Below, piece by piece: positions 48,402 through 63,400 of a stretch of DNA of 64,000 nt; position 1 is the first letter of the stretch, and each line of letters starts with the position of its first letter. A program made the position numbers and the translations under genes. The notes under the pieces were generated by a model. It had not been told where the DNA came from. It was given only the letters and a program-made list of their open reading frames with translations, and did no database searches. Source of the DNA: Marsupella aquatica (Eukaryota > Plantae > Marchantiophyta); contig OZ316895.1 of the NCBI GenBank assembly GCA_973895155.1, forward strand, positions 13,317,186 to 13,381,185. Direction: 5' to 3'.

Positions 48402-51400
48402 ATGAGTGGCGGGCAAAGGGAAGGAAGTGGTGGCAAGGCTGTTCTATCGGGTGAGAACACGACCAGTAGTTGCAGTAGTTACAGTGGTTCGGAGCTCCAG
48501 TTCGGCGAGTTTTCTTTGCCTAGCACAAGCGTGGGTCCCACCATTGACTCTGGTGCCGCTAATGCTGTTGCTGCAGCGGGGGCGAGGAGGTCGGATCAAG
48601 TGAAGGCGGGGGAGAGTGGCAAGAATCAGAACAACCACTCCCATCAGCAGCAGCTCAAATATTATGGAAGGCGCAAACGAGGAAACAAGCAAGTCGGTTC
48701 TGGTCAGATTGTGGACGGGAGCCACACTGACGACACGGGGGAAACGGTAGAGGAGGCAAGTTTGGGTGGAGGAGGATGTCTGGCTCTCGATTTAACGTGT
48801 GAGCTGGAAACGAGGCCTGAGGAGAGGTCCGAATTGACTTTAGACTCCCGGGATGGACGTAGCAGCGGCGGCCTGTCACCCGGTAGTGTCCCGTCTAGTC
48901 TTCCAGCAGGATCCATGCAGTCACAGGACGTTGCTGCGATGGAGCAGCAGGAGGCTTGCGGGTCCTCTTTTCGGAAGAACGATGAGGGAGCGAATGCAAT
49001 TGTGCACCACGGAAAGACCGGAGAGGAGGTCAACGAGAAGACCGAAAGTACAGGTTCCCCTCGAGTGCAAGATCGAGAGGACAGGAGGCTGAACGGAGTG
49101 GTCGTAGATCTCAAAACCCCTTCTGAAGTTCAAAAGAATGAGGAAGGGTATCCCTCACGATTGTCCTCGGAACAGGACGGACTTGACATCCGATGGGCTG
49201 GCTTGAAAGATAGTGTAATTGTCAGTGCAGGGGCAAATGCAGGGCATAGTCCACTGCAAAGGAGCATAGGTAGGAAAGATAGCCCTGGTGGGTCTCTGGG
49301 GTCACTCGTAGCTGATCAGGCGACACTGGATGGTAGAGAGCTAGCAGGCAAGGGTAGGAAAAGAGATCGCTCTAGTGTGGACTCTGATCCATCCGATACA
49401 ATCAGGTTGAAAGGTCTCCTCGAGACTCCTATACGCAGAAGTACCACGACCATAGCGAAGATTTTAGGGGCTGCTCGCAATGGTGATATGGATAGAAAGA
49501 GAAAGAAGAGTTTGGGTACTAGTTCTTCCAGGCTTCGCAAGACTCGAGCTCAACTTGCTCAGGGCGAGGATAATCGAGCTGAACAGGATTCATTGGAAGT
49601 GTTTGAGGACCCGGGGATGTTGGCCCACAGGAAGATGGAGCTTCAAAAGCGGCTTCGATTGGAGCGGCAGCAGCACGAGGAATCCATGCTTGCTAAAGCG
49701 GAAGAAATTTATTCGAAGCAGGAGGTATGACGCTTCCCCTGACACCCATGAGCAGGTTCCCCATTTATTTATTGGATTCTGTAACCTGTGGTGAGCATTG
49801 GGCAGCATGAAATATCCTCGTAGGTCCTCGATTCCAGGCCCCGTGGGAGTGTCATGCACTTATCTATGGCAATGTACCTTCATTTAAGTGTACCTGGCTG
49901 CGACGCCTGGTGCTATCAAGGGGTTTGAACCTACACGCTTGTGTAGTAAAAGCTTGGGATAATGACAGAATGTTCTGTCGACTGGACTCGAACGCATTTC
50001 GTCTCTCAGGGAATAACGATGAGGAAATGATGAAGTCTCAAGTTGCGTAGGACATTGGGACTCTTAGGGTCAAAAAATCTGAACTGGGATGGACAAGACT
50101 AGCAGAGACAATGATTATTGCGATTCATAGTTGACCACTGGTGTTTGGTACAGAAGGAATTTACCCATAACTAACAGTTTAGGTCGAAAGTTTCCACTCT
50201 TTTCTCCTCGATGTTTTTGTTTCCCCATATTGATGTAGTCCCGTGAAGCTATCGAATCTGATCATGGTATCTGTAATTACCTTTGCGGTCCGATGGTGAT
50301 ACTCGTAATAGCCTGACATTCGCGTCCGTATATAGTTGGTCACGGCGTGCAATGTTTTCTTTCCAATCAAAGGGTTTTTGGCATTTAGGTGCAGGAGCCG
50401 TTTTCACTTCTTAACCAGTGCATTTTTGAGGATTGGTTTTGGCTTAACCAGAAGCCTGAGAATGCTTGCAAAATTCTTCACCGCAGAATGTGGATTTTGC
50501 ATGTAATGATCGTGCCTTACTCTTCGCGTTCTTGTCGTTGTTTAGACTTATTTAACTCAGTTTGTCTGGCTTTGCTTTGCTTGTTCTAGGTCTTTGACTC
50601 ATCGAAAAAAACCCAACTGAAGGGAAAGGAGCCTGCTCGCTGCAAGACTCATTGGGATTTTGTGTTGGAAGAGATGGTTTGGCTGTCTAAGGTGAGCACG
50701 AACTTTTGGGTTAGCAAATACCTGTTGCAAGGTCCTGCTTTCTTTTCTCTGCCCAATTTGCTTGAAATGTCCTGCTCCTTTGACGGCTGAACATGAACTG
50801 CTCCATCTAAACCGGCTCAGTTGCTCTGCAACATCAAACAAATATAGCGAGAGAAATAAGGTTGTATGGAGATTTCCAGCAGTGTCAATTATAGTTGCAA
50901 GATAAGGGAGGAGTGCAGACCTGTCTGTGCAAGCCATATTTCTGGTAGGGATTCTGACATTTTACGTGTGCTTGCCCTCTTCACTCAGTTCTCTTCAAAT
51001 TCTTCCCTAATTCTCCCTAGTTAGTGCCGAGGAAATATCTTGGCCCACTACATCGAGACTGAGTCTAGAGTCTGTTCGCTTCTACTGAGATGGTTTAGAA
51101 GTCTGCAGGTTGCGTGATGAGTAGAACTGCACAAACTTTCTATACGTGAGTTTGACTGGAAGATTTCAATTTGGATCAGTTCGAAGGTCTTCGACATGGA
51201 TATTCGACCTGTTCGATAATTCTGCTTGGTTTTATCGCCGTCCGTCCCTTCCATGGTACTAGTGAAGTGCTAATTGCGATGCATGATATAGCCGTTCTAA
51301 ACTGAGGCACACAGTCGAGACTAGTCTATATTATTTGGGTCTAATTGCACGTTCCTTTACCTTAGTATACACCGTGCTATCTGGCGGGACGAACCCCACT

Positions 51401-54400
51401 TCGAATGGATTCCTCTGTCCGGTTTCTTGTGATTCAAGTTTAGGGGAGATTTTCGGCAGGAAAGTCAATGGAGTTCATCCATTTCGTTCTGCAAGTGTAG
51501 CCAGACTAAGACTATTGTCGCCTTAGCTTAAATGACAAGCAGCTGAACGTGACAGGCGCCAACCTCTGCGGATGGTGAACTGGAATTTGGCAGGATTTCG
51601 AGAAGGAAAGGAAATGGAAGCTCAGTCAGGCCAAGAAAGTTGCAGTCCGAGTGAGCAGGAGCAAGCTCGACGTGGAAGCGAAGGGACTTCGACGAATAAA
51701 GGTACGTTTGCGTTTGCAGTCGATGTCCTGTCATTTATATTTTCCGTCATGAAGGTCTTATCTCGAATGGGCGGCCTTTCCATCCCGAGGCCTTTCGATT
51801 GTAGTTGACCCGAATACGTATAAGACAACTTAAGCGTGTCGTACTGTGATCGTGGTTGTTAAATTGTAAATTTTCCAACTGAGAGAAGCTTGTTCTGTAT
51901 GAATTAGGAGGAGGAGCAGCGCACACGGAGAGTGGCTAGTAACATTGCCAAGGATGTGAAGAAGTTTTGGATGAAGGTTGAGAAGTTGGTGAGTCACAGC
52001 TTTCGCTATATAAGGGTTCATAAAGTTGAGAATGTGTTTAGGCTAGGTTTTTTCATTAGCCTCAGTAGAGGTTCCCTGAAATTTTGATCCAAGGTCATTT
52101 CGTACTTAGATACTTGTCATGTCATTGCGCTTTGCTGCATTTCTTTTAGTATGCACAGCAACCCGAGTTGCGAGAAGTCCACGTTGTACAACTATTAACT
52201 AAGTTCAGTTCTTGTTTCATGGCAATGCTTCCGGGTAGAATGTGTCGATTGTATAATATTTGGTCGATGCCATGCTTAAAATTCCATTAACACACAAATC
52301 CTTCATTTGTAGGTAATGGAGAATGTGTCGATTGTATAATACTTGGTCGATGCCATGCTTAAAATTCCATTAACCACACAAATCCTTCATTTGTAGGTAA
52401 TGGAGAATGTGTCGATTGTATAATATTTGGTCGATGCCATGCTTAAAATTCCATTAACCACACAAATCCTTCATTTGTAGGTAATGTACAAGCATCAACT
52501 GAATCTTGAGGAACGGAGGAAGAAGGCCCTTGACAAGCATCTCGATTTTCTCTTGGGCCAGACTGAAAGGTGTGAAAATGGTGTTGTTGGATGTCGACAG
52601 ATTGTGTTTGTGTGTCGAATTCAAAACGTTTCTTTCCTCTCGTAAGGAGCTCGTGGATGTATTTTCTGTCATGCTTGATATTTCTCACTCTATTTACTGG
52701 GAGGGTGTATTCTTGAGCTGCTTCACATTCTAGATTTGAGTATTTTGGCTCAATGTTACTTGACTAACAGGTATTCGACTATGCTGGCTGAGAATCTGGC
52801 GGATAACATTGCCTCTCCAATCCCAAAAGCCTTACCCTCAGCTCCTTCAGAGGGTGCCATTGTTGATGAAATAGATGTCATTCCTCCTGAACAAGTGGTA
52901 CCTGATGAGTATGCCCCAGCTCAGACTCCCGTTGAAGGTGGAATGGATGTTGGTGACGAAGACTTCGATATGGACAAGGAAGAGGAGGAGGTCAGATTCT
53001 TGTCCTTTCACTGATGCGGACTTATGTTGCTTTTTTTCCAAGTTAATAAATATACGATGAACTATTTGGTGGAGGTCTCTCCAGCTCCGGCGAGGACTGT
53101 TTGGTCAATGTGAACGTTGCCTGATGGAGTGCTGCTTTCTGTTGAATGTGTGTTGGGGTTACAGGAGGACGATGAAAGAACCATCGCGGCAGACGAAGCA
53201 CTTATAACGGAAATCGAAAAGAAGGAGGAGCTAGATATGCTCCAGAGGGAGAGTGAACTTCCATTAGAAGAGCTACTAAAGCGTTATACGAGAGACCGAG
53301 GTAAGGTTAATGAAGATTTGGGGTTCGTGACCTTATCTTGTCTGCGGTATCAAAACATTTCATGCCTTCTATGTTTCAAATCTGAAAGTTTCTAGAAGTT
53401 GTATCCTTAGTTCATTGTTAAATGGTTTACTCACATCAACTTTGGTTTTCGATGTCCTCGTTGTTTGATTCAGAGGTGACAGATGATGATACTGAAGTCA
53501 GCGACGACGATCAAAGTGAAGAGCCAGTAGTGTCGCCGGAGGTATTGGTCCCAGCAAGGAGTAGTTTTGAAGGTGGTCCTGATGCTGGCGGTGATGAGGA
53601 TTTTGATATGGACAAGGAAGTGGAGGAGGTCAGTCGTCTGCTCCTGTCCTAGATAGGGATTTATTTGACCGCCAGAGCTCTCATTTTGATATTTTGGTCG
53701 GGCAATTGTTCTGTTCCCAAGATAGACACAGTAAATTTGTAGAACGCCTAATTTTGTTCAGTTGTGCATACCAAGAGTCACTCCAGCTACTGCACGAGTC
53801 GTTTGGTCAGCGTGAAAGCTGCGTGATGGCCTGCTATTGTATGTCAAATGTAATTGGGTTTGCTTTCGGATTACAGGAGGATGATGAAACAACCATAGCA
53901 GCAGATGAAGCACTTATAACCGAAGATGAAAATAAAGAAGAGCTCAATATGCTTCAGAGAGAGAGCGAACTTCCATTGGAAGAATTACTAAAGCGTTATA
54001 GGAGAAATGGAGGTAAGATATGGTTGCGGAATCTTGTGGGTCAGAAATTGCCTTTCTTTAGACAATTTGATGCTGACTGCAGTAGCAACCTACTTTCAGA
54101 TTTGAAAGTTTTTTAGGACCGGTGTCCTTGGTTCATCGTTGAATAGTTTATTAATGTCAACATGCTCCTGGATCTCCTTGTCATCTGATTCAGAGAATTT
54201 AGATGTAGCAGATGATCCAGCTGATCATGACACTGAATTCAGCCACGAAGATGAAACTGATGACAGTGACGCTAGTACTGAAGACGAAAGTGACGACAGT
54301 GATCATGAGAAGCTGGAGGAGGTCATACTAGGCAAAGGAGTCGAGACAGGTGTTGCCCAGGAAAATGCCACGTCAAGGGCCCACTTCAGCTCCACTTCGG

Positions 54401-57400
54401 TAGAACTGGCAGGTCTCGTGGAGAATGGCACAAGGGAATTGAACAGGCAGCAGGCTGTCGCTGACTTGCCTGAGGCGTCGTCTCACGATACTGTTGCGGC
54501 TGATATTCCGATGAAAACATCTTTGGTTTCAACATATTCAGAAGATGTATCGAAGAAAGACTCACAGAAGTCAATCTCAAGCACTGGACTTGCCGACATC
54601 GGATCGCAACGTTTCGGTCGATGCGCCGGAGAGGTTGTTCCAGTTGAACGACTTCTGCAACGTTCTGAAGACTTGATTGTAAGTTGAAGGTTTTCTTCAC
54701 CATTCTGACTCGTACAGTGTTGTGTATTGTCCTTCGCTACTATTTCCAGGGAACTCTAGAAGGTTCCTTTGTACACAACATAATGTTTGCTAGTACCGGC
54801 AGCTATGTCTTTGCGCGCAATTCCTTCTTTCTAGCTTGTTTTTTCTTGTGGATGTGATTAGAACCACCTACACCAGTTTCCATGTTTTGTCCAAGATAGC
54901 TTTCCTCCTTGTTCGCTCCTATTTTAGGAAAGAGATACATGTCTTCCCCAAAACAGTTCAATCGTTTGAACCGTCTGGTCGACGGCCCTGGGAAGACGCG
55001 GCTTGTACTCTCCGCAGTGTTCATGGGTAAAGGGCATGGTAGTGGCACTCTCTGTTGGCTGGATTATGTAAAATCCAGCCTCGAAGTATGTGGTCCTTCT
55101 TGAGTGTCACCCACTTGACATCTTGTGAATCCCGTGCAAACTGGCATTTGTGTGGCTATAGACCGATGGTCGTTATGGTGGGGTGTCAGGTTCCGGTGGG
55201 TCTTAGTATAGTCAACTTGTCTCTTGCAGGCAGTTTGATTGAGATGAAGCCTATACAAGTGTGGTTACCCATCATACAAAATCGCCTCTTGCTCGCAGTT
55301 TGATTGAGGTCAGGCATGTCTCCTGCAGGATGATGGGGAGTATCTCCCTGCGACTTCAACAGATGGGATTGAAGAGGTAAAACTCTCAAGCTTCAACAAC
55401 GGCAGGTTTCTGTCATGAGTTGCAATGCAGGCAACTTTTTACGGTATTTTGCTATGTGTCAAAGCTTTCCGGACAAGAGCAACACAGGAATGTTTCATAT
55501 TGCAAGATTACGTTAATGGTTGTCGCCTTGAACGAGGTTTTTATCTTCTGAAACAGACTTAAAGACATGCCATTTAGAGTTTATAGGGAAGCTATCAGAT
55601 TGACCTATCTTTTGTGGAGGCTGGACTCTTAATCCTCCTGCAGCTCTTTGTTCCCCCGGGTTAAGGCTGTCGTATATTCTGTGTCTAATTCAGGATGATG
55701 AAACTACATTGGACGAAGAAGAACGGTTAGCTACAGCTGAGGTGGACGATCCTGCAGCTGAGGTGAGAAATGACACAAAATTTTGTTCTGCCAATATATG
55801 ACTTATGAGTGACATCTTTGTTTGCGTGGAAAGTCACTCGTTATTAAACACTAGCCAGAGCTTCTAGATTTGACATTCTACAATTATCAAGCAGCGGTGA
55901 CTTATTTAGAGATAGATGTGGATGGTGATGTAAATTGGTGACATTATGCGATTTGTGCTCTGGACAGGAACTCAAAGCTATCCGTGTCCATGTTCATCTG
56001 AATGCTTGTTGTTTTATAGTTTTTTTAAGTCACCGTATTCTTGTTGTGATCACCATCTAGTTCCTCTTGTTGTTTTGAAGGTGGATCGACTTAAGCGCGA
56101 AAGTGAGATGTCCGTAGAGGAGCTTTTGGCTCAGTACAAATCGGTACTTGATCTATCTCTTTCCTTCTGTTGTAGGGATACCGGCCGATGTTACTGACAA
56201 ATGATTCGTGGTGGTTTTAGGTGATCAATCGTTATCTTCATTAATATCATTAGATATACCCAGCTAATCCAATTATCGTGGTTCAGATGGCTGCCGCAGA
56301 TGACGACAGTGAATATTCAGACGAATATGAGTTGTCAGATGAGGACGAGGAAGACTTTGTGGAGGACAGGCAAGATCGAACAAGTGAAGCTGGGACAAGT
56401 GGCAGTGACGAGGATTTGGCGGATGATGTTTCTGGAGGTGATGTTGCGAGAAATCTTTCAGAGGCAATGGACAGGGTGGGACAGCCAAGCACAAGTGGTA
56501 GAGAAGAATGGTCCCTCGTCTCATCTGGTTATGGGAGGAAGTTGAAGAAGGCAAACGATAGAACAATCCTCTTTGAAAGAAATGGAAACTCTTTTTCTGG
56601 AGAACGGACTGTGCCCTGTAAGAGTAAGCAAGCGTCTTCTGGCTTACTTGTTGCTAATAATGGCCTGCGGGGTGAATCGGTCAATGGAGCGCGAATTTCT
56701 TCTTTGTTACTTCAAGGTGACGACGGGCTCGATGAAGATACTGTTGCAGTAGTGGCAAGAGTATCAGCAGCAGCTAAAAGGAGAGGGGAACGGGCACAGA
56801 AGCGTTCCCAGAGGGAGCAAGAGAAGCCTTCGACACTTCCAAGTGCAGTAGAGCAAGATGGCCAGTCTGAAAGTTCAGATGGCATGCCTCACGAGATCGG
56901 CAACGCTTCTCCTAACAGGCAAGATACCGTAGGACAACATGTTAGTGAAGTGAGTCTGGCCAATGGGAAAAGCTCTCTAGGCAGCCATGAGGTTGATGTT
57001 AGTCAGAGCCGGCCCCTGCTTTTGGAAGTGCAAGAAGATCCTTCAAAACCTCTAGTAAGGGAGGTTGGAAGTGGCGGGGATGAAATCGTCGATACTGAAG
57101 ACGGGAAAACTAGTGAGGACAAACTTGCTGATGCTGCTGCCGAGGCACAGTCCGCCCAACCCACTGGCTATACGTTTTTGACAACTAAAGTACGGACAAA
57201 ATTGCCGTTCTTGTTGAAGCATTCTCTTCGTGAATATCAGCACATTGGTCTGGACTGGTTGGTCACGATGTATGAGAAGCGCCTTAACGGGATTCTGGCA
57301 GATGAAATGGGGCTAGGTAAAACCATCATGACAATATCTTTGCTGGCTCATCTGGCGTGTGATAGGGGGATTTGGGGTCCACACCTTATTGTGGTTCCAA

Positions 57401-60400
57401 CGAGTGTCATGCTGAACTGGGAGACAGAGTTTATGAAGTGGTGTCCAGCTTTCAAAATATTGACTTATTTTGGAAGTGCCAAGGAGAGGAAGGTTAAACG
57501 GCAAGGATGGTCCAAACAGAACTCCTTTCATGTGTGCATCACAACTTATAGACTAGTTATTCAGGACGCCAAGGCTTTCCGACGGAAAAAGTGGAAATAT
57601 CTTATTCTCGACGAGGCTCATCTTATTAAAAACTGGAAGTCTCAGAGATGGCAGACGCTACTGAATTTCAACTCTAAGCGTAGAATCCTGCTCACAGGAA
57701 CACCACTACAGAATGACCTGATGGAGCTCTGGTCATTGATGCACTTCCTAATGCCCCACGTCTTCCAGTCTCATCAGGAGTTTCGTGATTGGTTCAGCAA
57801 TCCCATTACTGGCATGGTTGAGGGTCAGGAGCAAATCAATAAGGAGGTAGTAGATCGTTTGCACAATGTACTTCGTCCTTTCCTTTTGCGACGTCTCAAG
57901 CAGGATGTGGAAAAGCAACTTCCAGGAAAGTTTGAACATGTGATACGCTGCAGGCTTTCTAAGCGGCAGCGTAATCTTTATGAAGATTTCATGGCAAACT
58001 CCGATACACAAGCTACGCTTGCCAGTGGAAACTTTCTTGGGCTCATCAATGTTTTGATGCAACTAAGAAAGGTTTGTAACCATCCAGATTTGTTTGAAGG
58101 CCGACCTATCATGTCTGCTTTTGATATGTCTGGGTTGGATTTGCATCTAAGTTCACTGGCTTGTTCAACACTACACTTGGAACCCTTTTCTGCAGTGAAT
58201 TTGGGAAAGTTGAATCTGCTTTTTAGCGAAGTCTCTTCTGAAATGACTGCCTGGGAAAGTGAGGAGGTTGCCGACATTCGTACATCAGCTGCCATGATAG
58301 AGGAGTTATCAAGCACTGGTGAGGACAGTTGGGAGTCTCAAGGAGGAAGTAAGCAGACGGATCAAGGACAAGGTCTGATTGAGGCACTGCAAGCAACGCT
58401 GAAAGCAAAGAGAGAGAAGGAGAAGAGAGAGAAAGTTAGTGCGTTGGCCTGGCTGAGCTTGTTGCGGTGTCAAAAGAAGCCTTTGTATGGTTCTGATCTC
58501 AGGAAATGTGTGCTAGTGGAACATCCTGTACATGATGTACACAAAATCGAAGCTAATAGATGCCGTTTTTTCGAATATTCTTCAGTGCTTGCCGATATGG
58601 TACAGCTTCCCTTGACACGTATGGCGAATGTACTGGACTTGGTGGAATCGTTTGTTTTTGCCATTCCTGCGGCTCGTGCTCCACCTCCGACAGCCTGGTG
58701 TAGTCATCCAACATCTTCCAATATATTACTGCCAACATTTACTGGAGAGGTGTTGGAGAAAGTTAGCACGTCCTTGGAGCCTCTGAGGCCAGTTGTTGTT
58801 CGCAGGCAGCTGTTCTTTCCTGACAGGAGACTATTGCAATTTGATTGTGGTAAACTCCAGGAGCTGGCACTTCTGTTGCGACGTTTGAAGTCAGAGGGTC
58901 ATAGGGCACTGATATTCACGCAAATGGCCAAGATGCTGGACGTCTTGGAAGGTTTCATCAGCCTTTATGGTTATACATACATGCGGCTGGATGGTTCCAC
59001 TAAACCTGAGCAGCGGCAAATCCTCATGCAGCGGTTCAACACAAATCCAAAGATCTTCCTCTTTATTCTGTCTACTCGTAGTGGCGGGGTGGGTATAAAC
59101 TTGGTCGGTGCTGACACCGTTATCTTCTATGACAGCGATTGGAATCCTGCAATGGATCAACAAGCGCAGGATAGATGCCATCGCATTGGTCAGACACGTG
59201 AAGTTCATATCTACAGGCTAGTCAGTGAAAGTACCATCGAAGAAAACATACTAAAGAAAGCTAATCAAAAGCGGGCGTTGGATGATCTTGTAATTCAAAG
59301 TGGAAGTTACAACACAGAATTCTTCAAAAGGCTGGATCCCATGGAGTTATTCTCTGGACTTAGAGGTGTGAAGTCTGGTAGTGGAGGAAAGGTTCCTGGA
59401 ATATTGCCTTCTCAACTTTCAGCAACCGTGGAAGCTATTGACCACGAACTTTCGAGCGCAGAGGTGGAAGCCGCACTTAAAAATGCTGAAGATGAAGCAG
59501 ATTACATGGCCATGAAAAGAGTTGAACAAGAAGAGGCCGCAGAGTATCAAGAGTTTATGGAAGATGTTTTACCCGGAAACCCGGACGAGGAAGACTTAGC
59601 CGATGAGCTGGAAGAAGGAAAGAGTACCGTTGGAAAGACTCAAGCTGATGGTGGCGTGGTCGGGGTGGCGAAGGATGACATAGCAGATGGCAGCAACAAG
59701 GGTCCTACAGCAGAAGACTTACCACAGACAGGCAGTGCTCTTATTACAGCTGATGCTGAGGAGGAAATGGACATGTTAGCTGATGTAAAGCAGATGGCTG
59801 CCGCTGCTGCTGCTGCAGGTCGTGGCAGTATTTCTTTCGAGGACCAGCTTCGGCCTGTAGAGAGATATGCAATGCGGTTTTTGGAACTCTGGGATCCTAG
59901 AGTTGACCGAGCTTCTGAAGCAGCGCAAGTTTTGTTTGAGGAGAAGGAATGGGAACTTGACCAACTTGAGAAACTCAAGGAAGAGCAGGAAGCAGAAATT
60001 GATGAGGACAACGAGCCTCTTCTATACGAGAGTAAGCCCCGTCTTCCTTCAATTTAATTCAATGTTTTAGTTTCGTCTTGAAAACCCTCTTCCATACCGG
60101 TGGTGTTACCAAATGAGCAATTCTCCTGAACTGATGTGTCAATAACAAGAGTGACTTCATGATATCTTGATTGTTTCTTAAAATTGACTACGGCCGATGT
60201 TCCAGATAAATTCGTATTTGATTATGCGATTTGGACTGGGATCAATAAGATAACGTGTAGACGTCGAACCAAACCCTGTGGACAAATATCCCATATTGCC
60301 CGTAACTTCAGTACCGCTTTGCACATAAATGACCAATAGTCATAAAGCACATGTCACATCTAGTTTATTCTTAGGTCTATATTTGACCTAGTCGCTGGTA

Positions 60401-63400
60401 AGAATTATGACCCAGGCAGTCTTGGTAATATATCCTTTGTAGTTCAGATATTTAAATAAATAAGGGTGCAAATTTTAGAACCGACCAGGTTTGTTCTCCT
60501 ACGTTTGCCCAAAGTCCGCTTTAAGGTTGGGCTGCGATACCGGTAGTTGTATGATTGTGCACAAGCACTTTTTATAATCATATCCTCCATGATCATAATA
60601 GCTGATAAAGCACTCCTTCAGGTCTGTGTCATTGAGATTGATATAAGAAGAGTGTTTTTGTACTTAAGATTGACCTTCGGGCGTCTCTGACCTTTGGTGA
60701 CATGGCTATATGTTCGTTTGTTCAGGCTGGGATACTGCATTTGCAAATGAAGCCTACCGTCAGCAGGTGGAGGTGCTAGCACAACAACAGGTGCGTACGC
60801 GTCTCCCAGCTGGTTTCAGTAAATTCTCTGGCTTGTTTTACGTGCTGAAGACTCGTTTACTGCGCAAGTTGTAGCTCATTCTAGAGTGTTCTGACTCTTT
60901 TTCAGGAAAATCAGAGGCAGCTGGAATGGGAAGCTATGGAGGAAGAGATGCGGGACGCAGACAGGTAAAAGCCTGTCTATGTTGTGAAGATTGATTATGA
61001 TATTAACCCCCTTTGTTCACTCCTGTCACATTTGACTGCCTATGGTGCCTAGTTGCAAATTTGAGTATCACAAGGGGCCTTAATTTTGAGAGGTTGAATT
61101 GAGGGTCTCAGGCGAGAGCAACCTTTTTGAGGTTCACTTGGTATCTAATGAAAGCCTCCTCTTAATTGATACTGGTCAGATTAGTCTGCTCACGTTTTCA
61201 GACGATTCTAACTGGAGGCTGATTATAGCTCATATGCCGCATGTAGTTGTGATCAATAGCTGAGTTGTGTATTGGTTGCTGTGTAAAGCAGAGCGGTTGT
61301 AGAAGCCTCCTCTGCTGTCATTGGAGCAGAAAATTTCAAATTGAAATCCAATTTGAAGAAATTCAAGAAGGCCAAGTTCAAATCTCTCAAGAAAGGGTCA
61401 CTTGGTTCAGAGGACCCGAACTCAGCAAGTGGAGAAAGGGATGTCAGCTACAAAGATCCACATTATGACATGTTGTCAGTTCCTCCCCGCAGTCCATCAT
61501 TAAGGAAGCGTAAAGCTCCTAGATTACTCGAAGAAGAATTGAGTGTTGAGGAATATGCAAAGAGGTTGAAGAAGGAACATCTGCGGAACAAGTCATCTGA
61601 GTTTGATCAGTTGGTAGAAGCAAGTGATGATGACACCTGGCCGGAAGATGCTGATTTAGATTCCGGGGATGCACAATTGAAGTCTCCAACTTCAGGGGCA
61701 AAGAAGAGTGTAGGGGAAAAAGTCTTAATAATGTCATGGCCCCTCAAAAAGGGTCCTATTATCACGTTGGAAAGGGAGCGAAAGAAGGATGCTGCAAAGA
61801 TGCAGGAGCATGTAGATCCCTGGGTGTCGGCCGAAGATGCAATATTGTGTGCTGTTGTGCACGAGTACGGAGGAAACTGGCAGCTCGCCAGCGATGCACT
61901 GGCTGGGATACCTGATGGGAGTATCTACAGAGGTTGTCACAGACATCCCTTTCATTGTAGAGAGAGGTTCCGACAACTGCTTGCACAATATGCGTCTGCT
62001 TCCAGTGGAGATCTCGGCAGTGACAGGCCTGCGCTTAATGCAGCCACCAGCGCACATGTGAAAGTTACAGAGGTATGCTTTTCGGAGTTGTGCACCATAT
62101 TTTCTTAAAATCACCCTCAAGTCAGGAGAAACCAGTCACCTATTTAGAGGATTCTCGCTAATCTCTTTATGATGGTACATGTTGATGTTAGTTCTCATTC
62201 CTTTCCATCGTGCCTTCTTTGTGCACTTTAAGAGTTCCAGGATTGGGATGACTTAACCTGATCAGGTTGAATGGGTTCTGTCGCCTTATTATGTGTATGA
62301 TGCCATCCAGGAGCACACGAAGAAGTTATTGGAGGTTGTTCTTCAGCTGCCAGAAAATGAGCTTCTTTTGCAACGCCATTTCGGAGCTCTCCTTACTTCT
62401 GTCCGGAACATGATAGCGAAAAGGAAGGCCGGCATTGGGAAACCTGTTGTTCCTGGAAAGGGGGTCACCAGTACACAGGGTGGAGATTTCGTCTCGCTTT
62501 CAAAACTCACCAAGCTTTCACTGTCAGCTCATCTACCAATTTCAGAGAAGGCTGGAAGCCTAAAATCTTCAAGTGACATGCAGCAGTCAGTTGCAAAGGC
62601 ATTGAACGATGTGGAAGAAGCTGAAGAACGTCGATCGAGCATCGTGAAGGATTCTCTTCTCCTACAGCCTAAAAATATTGTCGATAAGGAACGTCATCTG
62701 GAAGATGACAGATTCAACATACTAGAGTTCTTGAAGGTAGATGCTGCTTCTGGGAGCCCATCCGATGACAGTGCCGACCTGCCTTCGTCGAAGTATAAAG
62801 CTGTTTCGGCCTCTGTTGAGGATCTTCTTGGATTGAAGCTACCGACTGCCCCTCTTCCTCCTCCAAGTGCTCTCCGGAATTATGCGGAGAACAATGCAGA
62901 TCAACGATTCAGGTATGCTTACCAGGGAAATGAAATTGATTTGTCTGTCGTTGCAATCTGTCCCTGCTTCATGAAAATCAATCGTGAAAGAAGCAATAGT
63001 CTGAGGAATTCCGCCGCCCCCCTCCCGCCCCCCTCCCCCCTTCCCTCCACATGATTTTTTATCACAGTTTAAGGTATCAGTTAATCTGTATCCGAAGATT
63101 CATTGCCTTGTTGGATAGGAACTCATCTTAAGATGGCACTTAACAAGATTGCTAATGATTTTCGTGATAGAGATCACTTAAAGTCACTGCGTCAACTTGT
63201 CATTAGTATCCATGTGGTGGTGTACTTTAGATAAGTTACCACTCGGCAAATTTACTCGTTGTAGCTCTTCAGTAGAATTGAGATAAACTGGCTCCTCGGA
63301 GTAAAAATCTCCTTAGCCTTGAAAGTTAGAACCCGATTGAACTCATTCCATTTATGATTGACCTAAAATGGCTAGAGATACAATACGAGCAGGAATGAGC

